This document shows, piece by piece, positions 13,901 through 26,524 of a stretch of DNA of 64,000 nucleotides. Each line of letters begins with the position of its first letter. The stretch's first letter is position 1. The DNA is taken from contig JBOZIK010000001.1 of NCBI GenBank assembly GCA_051453625.1, forward strand, positions 49,647,691 to 49,711,690, in the 5' to 3' direction. The notes beneath the pieces are model-generated. The model ran no database searches. It was not told where the DNA came from and saw only the letters and a program-made list of their open reading frames with translations. The DNA is from Welwitschia mirabilis (Eukaryota). Position numbers and translations under genes: made by a program.

Positions 13901-14581
13901 CATCAAAAATTCTCATGATAGGAGATTCAAGGGTAGGAAATTTATCCTTTATTGTTACATAGAGATGTCTTCCTTGGTATTTGGCTGTGCATCCTCCATT
14001 GAGATGCAGCTGCCTTATAACTTGCATGCTAGTTCACTTAATAAAAATGCTATTTCTCTTTTATTTATTTAATACTTTACATGTACCTTATGGTTTATAT
14101 TGTTCTTGATTCAATGACAGTTTCACTTATGATATAGGTCCTAAGACAACCTTTGTTAAGGTTGAAAATATTAGTTTAGGTGCATTTTTAAGGTTAACTT
14201 GCATTACATTCTAGTTAATTTACTTGATAGCTTAAGTTAGTCTTGTTTACTAATAGTTTTCCCTTAACTAATTTAGGCTATACAGATTTAATCTTCCTGA
14301 TAAGTTAATTTGATAACCAGATAGGTGTTCATATAGAATAGATTACATACACATTTGCATAAGTCTGTCTCATTGAATTATTTCTTGTATTGTTCTTTAG
14401 ATTTTAAAAAATAGAATATTTTTTGGAGACCAATTCTATTTCTTCTTTCATATGCCTTTAATGGATTTACGGCATTTGGGTCACTTTCATCTATATTAGT
14501 GTGTTGTATTTGTAATATATCTATTTTTAATTGATAGGATTAAGTAAGAGGTAAAGGATTACAAAATTACACATTATAATA
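7942..14581 (+). mobile_element. E2: non-autonomous family A LTR element (LARD-like); 5' LTR interrupted by E1
   Basis: 7942-8272 matches ~14250-14581; degenerate PBS TTGATGCCCTTGTTGGAAAA after 8272; purine tract before 13288; no RT, RH or INT core seen. Confidence 0.82.
13288..14581 (+). repeat. E2 3' LTR (~1.29 kb)
   Basis: Starts TG after AAGGCTAAGAAAGAGGCTA; end CACATTATAATA aligns to the 5' LTR end CATACCACAACA (8261-8272). Confidence 0.82.
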
Positions 14582-14779
14582 ATGTGTCAAAACTCAAAAA
14601 GAAAATTAGAAAAAACTAAACTTGAAAAGTTTCAAAAGAATAGATGGGAAAAATTAGCATCATAAACTAATAAAATTTATTTGCAAAAAGAAAATTAACT
14701 CCTATAAAAAAAACTATGAATGTAAATAAAATTCAATAAAAAACTACTAAATGATGAAGTCCTAAGAATTTGTGATGAA
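14582..14779 (-). mobile_element. Fragment of the 3' non-coding region of an older family A element (probable target of E2)
   Basis: Aligns by eye with 21207-21400 of E3 (e.g. AAAAGAATAGATGGGAAAAATTAGCATCATAAA in both). Confidence 0.8.
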
Positions 14780-16158
14780 NNNNNNNNNNNNNNNNNNNNN
14801 NNNNNNNNNNNNNNNNNNNNNNNNNNNNNNNNNNNNNNNNNNNNNNNNNNNNNNNNNNNNNNNNNNNNNNNNNNNNNNNTACATTGACATTACTCTAATG
14901 TTTTTCTATCATGCATGTCATTCCTACTCAACATGGATTTTGCATTTGACTTAGCAAATTCATACTCTCTGCTATGATAATCATCCTTTAACATTACTGG
15001 TGATATGAAAGAGTTCTTTGCTATGCTTCCTTGAAATGCCACTTTAGCTCCTCATTATTCTATGCTTTTACTTTGCATTTCCTCTTCTTATTACCTCCCA
15101 AAATACCTCACCTCTTATTAACTGTGCTCTACTGTTACTATTGATTAGTGGTACATTTGGATGTTTCTTCTAAACAAACCATCCAAATTATTACTACTTA
15201 TTTGACTTTCTCTTGGCATCTATTTGTTTGGAAATTAGGTTACGTACTTGGGCCTCTAAGATCATCAGAAGGCTATAATAAAAGTTCTTCCTACAATGCA
15301 ACATAGAAAGCTTGTCCACTAGTATTAATTAATGTTAGCAAACTATGTTCAATAGAAATTTAAAGCATAAAAAAAAAGTCAAGAAAGTGAAATTTCTAGT
15401 AAACCCATTTGGTAGTGGTTAAAGTCATTTGGAGTCCTCTTTCTACCTCCATTTTTGTGCTATTTTTACACATCCTCTCATTGCCTACACACCACCTCCA
15501 ACCCGCCTTACTAGCTAAGCTTTATTTTTCCCTTTCCCTTTTATTTATTATTGTTTGCTAAGAATGGTAGCTAAGATATAAGCTATTAAGTTGTTGTAGT
15601 GATAAAGGATTTTCTTTGTCAAGTTACAGTTGCAAGTTTAAGTTGTCATAGGGTAAAATATTTTGGATTTTGACTTTTTTATTATTTGATTACACACATA
15701 TAGATGTCTACTTTTAGACAATTATCATTGGAATTATGCAGATGTGTTTTGTGCTGCTTTTTTAGCCCTATTTCATGAATATGTTTATTAGCTAAGTTAT
15801 TACTCAACCATTATCCACCTCTCATGCACATTCAACATATTTTTAAGGTTTTTTGAACTTATCTTTTTTAAGCCTTTATGAGTTTTTTGGTCATTTTCTT
15901 AACTTGTAAGCCCAAAACTCAATTTTTTTGAGTTTTTTCTTGTACTTGTTCAAGTTTTGGGTATTTCTTGATCATTGTAAGTTCTTAACTTTTATTTATT
16001 TTGTTCATCAAGTCAAGTTCAGAGGTGGAGCAAGAGCTAGTTGAGATTATGTTTTTACCTCACAAGACTCAAGTTTATCATTTGGATAGATTAAGCTAAG
16101 TTGGAATGTTAAGCAATATCCACTTAGATTAACTATATCAAATTAGGACCTATTTTCA

Positions 16159-16178
16159 TGTGTGTGTGTGTGTGTGTG
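16159..16178. repeat. (TG)10 microsatellite
   Basis: Direct inspection. Confidence 0.95.
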
Positions 16179-17329
16179 TTTTTTTTTTTCTTCTCTTACC
16201 TTTTCACACACTTAAAATTTTTAAGTTTAAAATTCTGTTTAAAGCTTTAAAAAGGAAAATTATTAATCACTTTAAATACTTAACTCATTCACCAAGAGTA
16301 AGTTTGATTGATGGTAGGCATAAGAAGTCTTACATAGATGGCACTCCATGTTGGACTTCATATTTCCTTTTGAAGCTTATTACACAGTCATAACTACCAT
16401 AAATATGAAGTTCAAGTTCTATGGAGAGCTATGTCTCTTTTAAGTGAAAACATCTTAAGCACATCAAGGTTCAGATTCTCATGTACACCTTCGTAATTGA
16501 GGTATATTAGGTGAAGGTAGAAGGTAAAGTGATAAGACCCACTTGGATTTTATTACTAAGGGGATGTAGGATTAATAAAATATTTAAAATTTACTAAGTT
16601 AGAGGTGGAAGTAGTTCACCAAAATTGCATATAATCTTCCTACGAAAGTATAAATCTAAGGTGATTAAAACTAGCTAAAGACTTACACACATCACTGACA
16701 TGACTCACACTTGCTTCTTTACTCCATTAGGAGATAAGGGATAGCATCCCTTGGAAGGAATGTAATTAACAAGTAGATTTGAAAGCAAATCTAAAATTCA
16801 TCAATCTTAGCATTGTCATCACATTAACCAAATCTAAGACCCTTTAAAAATTTACGTTACTCCCATTAAGAAGTGTTAACAAACTACTTTTTCTTTTCTT
16901 TCATGGATGTAGGATTTCAATCATTTAAAGAGGTTTAGAACTTTTTCATACTTTGTGATTTTGATAGCTCACTCAGATTATGGGAATATCCCCTTTCGTT
17001 GTGACTATACCTCTTCATTGTGATCCCTGGCTCTTACATTGTGACTTGAATAGATCACTTAAAACTGTGCATGAGAGAAAGATCCCTTTTTTTATGCCTA
17101 TAACATTGTCTTCATTACCCTTGTCTATTTCACTTTTAATAGTAAATATGAGAAAGATTCCTCTAGAATATGACTTTATCTCACAACTTATCAAACCTCT
17201 TTTATTTCTTCCCATAGTACATCATGGCTTCAATGCCAAAAGATAGATTCCAGATCTAGTTAGATAGCTTCATGCCAATTTTAACTATAGAAATCATGAT
17301 CACCCTTAGGATGACTTTGCATGATGATT

Positions 17330-18765
17330 AAAGTTGGGAGAAATGGAATGAATACTTCATGTTTATAATGCGAATTTATGGATTTAATAAAGATTTTTTT
17401 TGATAAAGGCATGTTCCTCTTTAGAACAAGGATGAAGAAGATGCATGACAAGCCATTAATAAGAAGTTCACAGAGATCGTATAAAAATTAGTGGTCACTC
17501 TATGTAAGAAGTTGGTTGAGAGAAGTAAATTTAGTTATACTAACTATTGTATTTTGTGCGAAACATTTTATGCGAAGAATGATCTAGAGTTGATCAACTT
17601 TATTATAAGTATAAATAGCCTTCATTATGAAAAAGGCAAAATGCATCAGTTCATAGCTAAAATAATAGATATTAAGGTAAAGATTGCTAATATAGACCTA
17701 AAGAATCAAATATGAAATAATTATTTCAACTTGACTCATTGCTATTTAGAGGATTTGTCTCTTCCTAGTTGCATTCTATCCCTTCATGAAAGTAGGTTCC
17801 TATAAAAAATAAACTTTGACATTCTTATTAAGGATCTAATATCATAAAAGCATAATTCAACCTCCCAGACTCTTTATACTATGATGCAACATTCAAAGTT
17901 TCTTATTCTCATGGTCCACCTTAACAAAAAAAAAATCCTGTAAACAAACCTCATTAGCTTAAGGACAAGCATAATGATAAATAAAATGCTCTACATAAAT
18001 AATAATCTACTTTGCCAAATCCTCATAATCAGCCTCAATAAAAGAAGAAGCTAGATCAAAAACTACTGCTCCTAATAAAAATAGATATCAATGCTTATGA
18101 TGTAAAAGACAAGGTTATATTATAGACTTCTATAGGATTTATTGAAAAAGGATAAAATCTACCCCAAAGGAAATGCAATAATCAAATAATTTGGTTCATT
18201 TAAAGGTGATGCATTCTTTGAATCCAACATAGTTCTTGAAAACTTTAATTTTATTAATATAAGTGAGGGCATACCTTAATATAAGGCATGATATATTAAC
18301 ATGGATGTAAATTATCACATGATTTATAGACATGATTATTTTAATACCTTTTTCGAAGCACCAAGTGTTGTATATCTAGTAAATAGAATATCAGTTCTTG
18401 TGAAAGAGTATGATTTTGTTATTCTTAAATTGACATCACTGTCTTCACAAAGCACCTTAAATGTTCTACATATGCCTTCCTTAAGGTTGCATCTTCTCTT
18501 TGTTTTAACTCTGCTAAGAGAAGATTACTTAATCTCCATGATGAAGCACTTAGTCAACATTTATAATGGAAATAATTAGTTATGAAGGGCTACATGAATG
18601 GAAAGCTTGCTTGTCTTCAAGGATTATCAGAATGCATGAAATAGCTTGCACAATTTCCCAAGACTACATTACTCCATCATTACTATCGCATGCTCGTTTA
18701 GAGCATTTAATGCTGTGAGCATTGAACATCATGCATGAGAATGAACATCATCTTCTTCTAGCCAT
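17330..18765 (+). pseudogene. Ty1/copia gag-protease-pre-integrase remnant
   Basis: Decayed zinc knuckle 'CL*CKRQGYIIDFY' at ~18092-18133; copia protease-like '*YINMDVNYHM...LNVLHMPSLRLHLL'; 'LSHARLEHL' (LWHxRLGH) at 18683-18709. Confidence 0.8.
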
Positions 18766-20000
18766 TAGTTGTAATGCGTATTTATGTAATTGTTTACATC
18801 TTTGATTAAATCCTATTAATTACAAATATTTACAAAACACACACACTAGTATAGACAAGAGTGAACTTGAATGTTATAATTCATCGAAGGCACTAGGCTA
18901 GAAGCTAGAGAATTGATTTAAGCGATGCATTTTTGTATTTTTATTTTTTGTTCAATAATAAAAGTAACAATGTAAGAAAATAAACATACTAATGTAATGC
19001 AAATGAAGCCTATTCTAAATGCAATATTTATTAGACTACCAAATCTCTATCACCAAGATCAGCACTGTATAACCTAGATCAATTAAGAAAACTGTTACTA
19101 ATCCTAAGTAACCTAGGCTATTAAGTACATTGAATACAATATGGAAAACATATAGTGATTAACCTAGGAAATATAAAATATAGTTTAATGCAAATTCTAA
19201 ACTAATGTATTCAACATTAACAAATGTTACCCTTAATGACCTATATCAATTATAAAACTATCATGAAATTATAACTAACATAAACCATAAGGGATATGCA
19301 CATGAATAAGACTAAAAGAAGATTTTTATTAAAGTCGAACCAACATCTTATTACAAAGCAGTAGCACCTCAATAAAGGAGACATAGCCTAACCCCCAAAA
19401 AACTTCTCTCTACAACTAACGAATGAACCTTTTATCCTTTAATCTCTTGTCATGAGATTTTTAGGTATCAAAGAAGATAAACTCATAGTGGAGTGAAGGA
19501 GGTATTTATTACAACAACAGACTTTAAAAATAACAAATCTAATAGATGTAATAGAAATCCTAATAGCACATAAGAGGCATATAATACATTACACAAGTTT
19601 GGTGAAGTTTGGTGCATTGATTAATTTTAGATGTCATCCTAATGGTTATCCAAATGATGATGGGGATGATTCCACATCAAGAGAAGTTCTATATTTAGCT
19701 TCTATCATTGGTATAGTTAGCATCCTTATTATAGCTTATTATCAAGATGATAAAGGGGATGATAGACTTTTTAAAGCTCTTTCATCAAGTTAAAATTGGC
19801 CTTAAAGTTTGTTAACTTCTTCTTAGAATGTAAAGTATTAGAAATCATTTAAAATACCTCCAAATGTAGTGGTACTTATGCATTTCTATGATTTTCTTCT
19901 TGACTCTCAATAATCATTATTTTCTACTTAAACCTATCTAAATATCCTACAAAACTACTAAAAATAACCCATAAAAAACATACAATTTGGCATTGCAATG
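18766..20000 (-). repeat. E3 3' LTR
   Basis: Colinear with 26525-27757; PPT adjacent. Confidence 0.88.
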
Positions 20001-23000
20001 TAGTCCCCCACTTATTCTTATTGGTCCTGATAAAGTAGGCAATAGATATAATTACAATCTAAATATAAAAGAAAAACACTAACTAGGGAAATGTAAATTA
20101 ATTTTAAAAATGTCATAATGCATGATCGATTTCAAAATTTAATAAATTGAAAGTTTTACCTTGGTAGATAATGTAATCATGGTGTCATTAGGTACATCAT
20201 CTAGGCGATAATTAGGAGGATAGCTCTTAAAAATCTATCTATAAAATTAAATGCCTACAAGCATGCTTATCAGAAAATAAGATCAAAACACTTACCAGTG
20301 CATTATCCTCCTACTTAAAACATTTAGCATAATGAAAAGATAGAGATTGAATGTCATAATAAAAAGAAGTATCATAAGATATAACCATAATCACTTAAAT
20401 AAATGATGTAAATGTATAATAATAAAAAGTAATAACTCAAAAATGATATTCATAAATCAAACATTAAATTTTTAAGCATAATCTATAAGGAAAAATATAT
20501 CAAAAATAAATAATCATAACATTATTCCCTTGGTCTATGATCTTTTGAATCACTTGGATCAGTCTTGTAAGGAAAATAAGCTACAAGTATTTTTTTCTAT
20601 CAAGTACATAGTTTACTAAATATTATTCATAATGCATCTTATTCAAATAATAGGTGATCAAAATAGAATAAATACATTACAGATATGTATTGTGAAAATT
20701 CAAAATGACCCTAAAAAATTTAAAGTTTTTACTTAAAATATTTCAAAATGTATGTCCTGCCCCCTCACAATGAATCAATACATTCCATATTGCATTAATA
20801 TGAGACAAAAAAGATCAATATGCAAGTATAAGTAAGTAAAAAAGATAGGCTTTAGAGCAATAACCTTTGTGTAACAAAAGGATGAGAAATAGTAAAGACA
20901 AAGATGAAATATCAAAATGATAATTCTCAAAATATATTAGTGTGTCATCCTTACTAGTCATCTAGATAATAAGGTGGACAATAGGGTTTTCATAAGATTT
21001 GGAAAAAATTAAAGCACCAGTAGAATAAGTTAGGCTTAGATAGCATTAAGAAGGTTTTAGAAACTTATCAGAAAGTTCAAAAGATGGTAAATGACTAAGA
21101 ATCATGATAAATCAAGGCATGATAAAAAGGTAAATTTATAATGCACCAAGCTAAGAAAGATTCTAAAATGTACCATAAACTCACAATTATTAAAAGATAG
21201 GATCTATCAAAACTCAAAAAGAACATTAAAGAACTAAACTCGAAAAGATAGCAAAAGAATAGATGGGAAAAATTAGCATCATAAATAAAAAGAAAATTAT
21301 TTTTTAAAAGAAAATTAACTCCTATAAAGAAAATTTATGAGTGAAAATAGAAATAAATAAGAAAACTACCAACTGATTAAGTCTAAAGCATTTGTAATGA
21401 CAAAGTATGGAAATGACTTGGAAATACCAAAGAAAACAACTAAGGAAATTAAAATGGAAATCGACAACTAGGAATATGAAGAAGATTGTATATCTACCCT
21501 AAATTCAAACCTAGCAAACTCTCATAGAATAAATCATAAAATTACTTGATTAATAATGCATGAAATAATGCAAAAATCTAATAAAATACCACCCAAATAG
21601 GTAGTGATTATGATGATGCCAAGTAACTAATGTTTTCAAATAATGAATGATAAGATCAAAAGATACTTAAAAATGGACTTACCTACTCACACTCTAAAAC
21701 ACACTGGAATCCTTAAAAGTGAAATAACCACATGAAAATACTGTAAGCATAATAAGTCTAGAAAACGAGCAATGCTTCTAATGATACCAAGAATACTATT
21801 GATCATGTAGCCTCATAGTATTTCATTTTAATTGATTATGAGAGAAGTGCAACCATAGTTAGAGAAGTAGAAAGCTATGAAGCATGGCTAACCAATTCCC
21901 CAGTGGAGTTTGCATAGCCACTAATACTACCAAAGGTTCCTTTCAGGAAATGTACCATGATGCAGTAGGACATCATGATGACCATATATTTAGCACAAAA
22001 GCAATAGCTGATGGTTGTTATTCTCTTTTTTTTTGTTTTTTTATTTTTTCCTTAATTATACTTCTTCAAAGTAAATCACACATGACCACACACTCATAAA
22101 GATGAAGGTGAAGAAATGAGATGAAAAATAAGGAAAGAATAAAAAAAAATCTTCCTTCAAGAAAAAGTTAATAGACATTTAAATATCTTAAGATTAGATA
22201 AATCCAATCTTATCACTTTAATGCCACTAGTCATGGTAACTTCATAAAGTAAAACATTAGTTAAGTATAAAAAATGCTCAAGTGATAGCATAACATCTAC
22301 TAAAATAATAAGCTAAGAAAGAATTTAGATAATGGTAGGAGAACTTTCGAAAAAAATTGCTTCTATCATGTTCAAGATATTTTGCAAAATCATGGATTTT
22401 TAACCTTTGTTGACTTTTTTCAATTTCCCTAATATTCAAATTAGAAATCTCAACTGAGCCACTAAAAATGTAATTCCTCTAAAATAAGGACCTAAACATC
22501 TATATATTAATTTATTAAAAATTAAAAACCAAAGATAAAAGCATAATAATAATAAAATCAAAAGGAAATAAAGCAAACTAAAAACAAATTTTATTTAAAT
22601 TCTAAATTCTATTCAAAATTTTATTTGCAAGAAATAAAGAAGAATCTATTCAGGTCATAGGTATTATATTTTCTTTAAAAAAAAAGGTACCAAATAAAAT
22701 AAAGACCCACTGCCTTTACACTCAAGGACCGATGGCCATACGGCCTGAGGAAATCTTTGCATGCCTCTGTTACCTTTTGGGAGGCCTACGCCCCATAGAA
22801 ACTATCTACTTGATACTGATAAAACATGAAAGGCACATATGCATGACAAGGTCATATTTTAGCTCCATAAAATTTATTTATAATATGAGAAACAAAGAGA
22901 TTAAATAATTCATGAAAAATAAATCTCTTATAAACCTCATGATATGAAGAATTCCAAATATAGATTCCATTTAAAGATTGATATTAAGGATGAAAAAGAT

Positions 23001-23749
23001 TAATGGTTCTATTAGGAATTAAAATTTTTAAAGAAAGTTTCTTAAGATGAATGATTGAGGTAGGTTTAACATATTTAAGAAGTTTTCTAAGTTTTAGCTT
23101 GAAGTATATATTATCAAGAAGATAAGATTTTCTACATTTTAGAAGTCTAAGATTTTCCAAGTCATATTTTTAAGAAGACTTATCATTAGAAGCTAAAGTG
23201 GACTTGGTAGAAAAGATGTTTCTTTGAATATTTTTAAGATAGTAAAATGAAGAAACATATGAATATTTTATAAATTGGATTATTATATTAGAAAGTATAG
23301 GTCTATTTGTTATTAAGTTTGATTGAGATTTTATGGTTTTTTTCATTATTCCTCCTTTCGTCATTATTGTTTTTGACCTTACTATGTTAAATCTTTTTTG
23401 TACTATTTGTATCAGTGACTGTATCTTTGCTTTTGCATTATTCTAATTTTTATTTTACTAATTTTTTATTTTTTTGACTATCATCCTACTCTATCATCTA
23501 GATGACAGGGTGGATGATAAGGCTTATAACAAAATTTTTCAATTAAGTTAACATGTTGGACTTCTTTCTTATTAAAAGATTTTACTTTTTTATCTTCATG
23601 ATTAAAACTATTTATTTCCATTGGATTTTTATACAAAGTTAAGTCTTATAGCATTATTAATTTCTCTCCAATTGGGTAATGTTATACAAACAAAGTTGGT
23701 TTAGTTCTTTTATCTATGTTTTCGTCATCACCTAAATCTTTGACTATAG

Positions 23750-25800
23750 CACTAAAAACGCTAATAGTGTATCTCTTGTTATTAATGTGACATTCTGTTA
23801 ATCTAGTTAGTATGTCTATGATGCAATGGGTGGTTGCACAAAAGGCTCTTCCTAAAATTAGTAGGTAACTTCCATCATGTTATACTTTAGTTATAACCAC
23901 ATCTATGGGATAGAAGGCTTCTTCTATTTGGATAAATAAGTTTTTAATGATCCCTATAGGTTTTTTGATTGATCTATCAACTAAATCTAGGGTGATTTAT
24001 ATAGGTTTGGTTCTTTCTTCTAATCTAAATCTTTTTCAAATGTGAAGCATCATGATGTTAATACTTGCTCCAATATTAATTAAATCTTTTCTTATTTTCT
24101 TATTTTCTTCTAAAGTAATACTTACTTTAGCTACCCTAGGATCTTTAAATTTAGGTGTTTGTTTATGATTAATTTGGAAATGGATTATGCAAGGAAGCCT
24201 CTCCTAGGGATAGTGCATTTTTGTTTTTTTCTAAGTAGATCTTTCCACAACTTAGCATACTTAGAATTTTATTACAAGAGTTTTCAAAATGGTAAGTTAA
24301 TACTAACATCTTGAAATAAATATTTTAAGTGATCATTAAAAATAGGATTTGTATTTAGTCTATCAAGCCAAGGGGTAGCTTATCTTTTTCTTTTATTTTT
24401 TTGTTAAGAATCTAAAGTTGAAGGGAAATTATATGCTTCTAAAATTTCTATATTATCCTCTTTCTCACTTACATTATCATTTTTAGAAGTTGAAGATTCA
24501 TGGATAGGTAGTGGTGTGCAATTATTTTGCAATCCCGTTTTACTTCATTTGGATTTGAAAAGGTTAAGTTACAAGAGATCCTTGCGGTTTTTGAAGGGTT
24601 AACATTACTTGTTGAAATACATTAATTAAATCTTCAACATTTTTACTTTGATTTTTAATGGCTATTAAGGTTCTTATTAACTCTTCTATTAGATCATTTT
24701 GATTTTATTAAGAATTGAGGCACTTAGTTAAAAGTTATTTAGTTAGAAGTTTAAATTATTGAATCTATTCTTAAAAGGTTTTCAATTATTTTACCTACTT
24801 ATTCCTTGTTGATATTGCATTTGGTTTTGAAAATTAAGAGGTCTTTGATTAAATGCACATACTTATTTAAGTAATTTCTCTTTACATATTCATAATAAGA
24901 GATATTCCTTTTGTTACGTGAGAGTCATCTTTACATATATCACATGTTGATGTTATACTCTTTTCATTTACCACTTTTACATCTATAATTGTTTGATTAT
25001 AGTTCTCTAAAGAATTAGTAAAATCTTTAATCACATTTATTAAATCATTTTGAACTTTCTCCTTATCATGTTTTTCTTCTTTTAAGTCTTTTATCATTTA
25101 ACCTACAATTCGATTTTCTTTAAAATGTGGTTTCAACTAAGTTTTACTAATTTAAATAAGATCTTTCAACAATGTCCATGCATTTTCTATATCTAGATTC
25201 ACCAAGTTGCCACACATAAAGAATCTACCAGTTGTTTAATTTCCTTATTCAATCCACTGTAAAAATAATTTATTAATTGTTCTTTAGGGAATTCATTAAT
25301 GGGATTGGAATGTATAGCTATAATAAACAGTTTATATCTTGTGGCATAATCCTTACTAGGTTATTGCTGGAAATTCATGACCTCTTATTTTTTTTTCTTT
25401 ATTGTGCTCTTACTCATGTCTATTTTGATAAAAGCATCTTGTACTTGATTCTAAGTTTTAAGACTTTTATGAGGTATAGTTTTAAGCCAAATTTTTACCA
25501 TATCTCCAAGTGTGATAGAAAAGATAATCATATAGGTTATATCACTCATTCATTTTTTCTTTTTCCATTTTCTTAAGTGAGCAGTAATTGTTCTATATCT
25601 ACAAGATGTTGAAAAGGATCTTCATTAGGTTCTTCTTAAAATGTTGGATAAGCATTTAAGTGTTTTAACTCTACATTATCATCAGGAGGTAGGTCAAAAG
25701 GGTTTTGAATCTCATGTTTTCTATGAAATATTAAATCTTTAAGTTTAACATTTGCATTAGATATGTTAGCATTAGGAGTTCTTGTCATGATTGGGGTATT
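23750..25800 (-). pseudogene. E3 gag-protease remnant
   Basis: Colinear with E1 4074-6100; 'LINIGASINIM' and 'LLILGRAF' on the minus strand. Confidence 0.8.
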
Positions 25801-26524
25801 GGATGATACTATTTATCTTTGCCTTTGCGTTATATTTAAAACAAATTAAAAAAATGATTCGCTTCCAGGCTATTGTGTTCTTTTAAAAAAAAATAAATTA
25901 CAAAATAATAAAAGCTATTTTTTTTAAGGTTTAACTCTTGAAATTCTTCATGTACTTAGGATATGCATATTTAGGTTAAGTTCAAATTTGACTAGACCTT
26001 CTCTGATATTTTTCTCGATTAGTCTTCACTCCCTTAGATACTTATCTTTTTATTCAAGTGTGATATATCCCTAAATGATTAATGATAATGTCATCTCTAT
26101 CATCATCTGAACAATTGCTTGGACGACTACTACACAGAAAACATAAAATAGAAAATAGAGAATAGAAATAAAATAGAAACCAAAACCTAACAATCATATA
26201 TTTATGTCGTTTGGATGTCATATGAGATGATTTTGATTTTATTCTATGGTGAAAAACCAAAAAAAAATAATAAAAAATATTAAAAAACGATAACCCTAGG
26301 CTATCATTTGCTTGTATCATGAGAATGACAAACAGGATGATAGGCTTAAAAAACGTGGATTGAAAAATGAAAGGTATAGAAAAACATGGAAAGAAAAATC
26401 ACGATATTTACAAATAAAATATAATACTACCACAAACAAATATCTAAATCAAAATAAAAAACACTTATTTGGGTAATGACAATCTTTGAACACTTTACAC
26501 CCTCTCCCAATAATAATGCCAAGA

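Noticed and set aside
14880..14954. Copia RNase H 'HIDI'-like motif
   Set aside because: Only a 3-4 residue match next to a gap, and the downstream residues do not fit
15400..16300. Possible copia/SIRE-type LTR
   Set aside because: No partner copy, termini or PBS could be identified
22745..22820. Hammerhead ribozyme (CTGAGGA...GAAAC)
   Set aside because: Stem II does not pair next to the core and there is no correctly placed UH cleavage triplet
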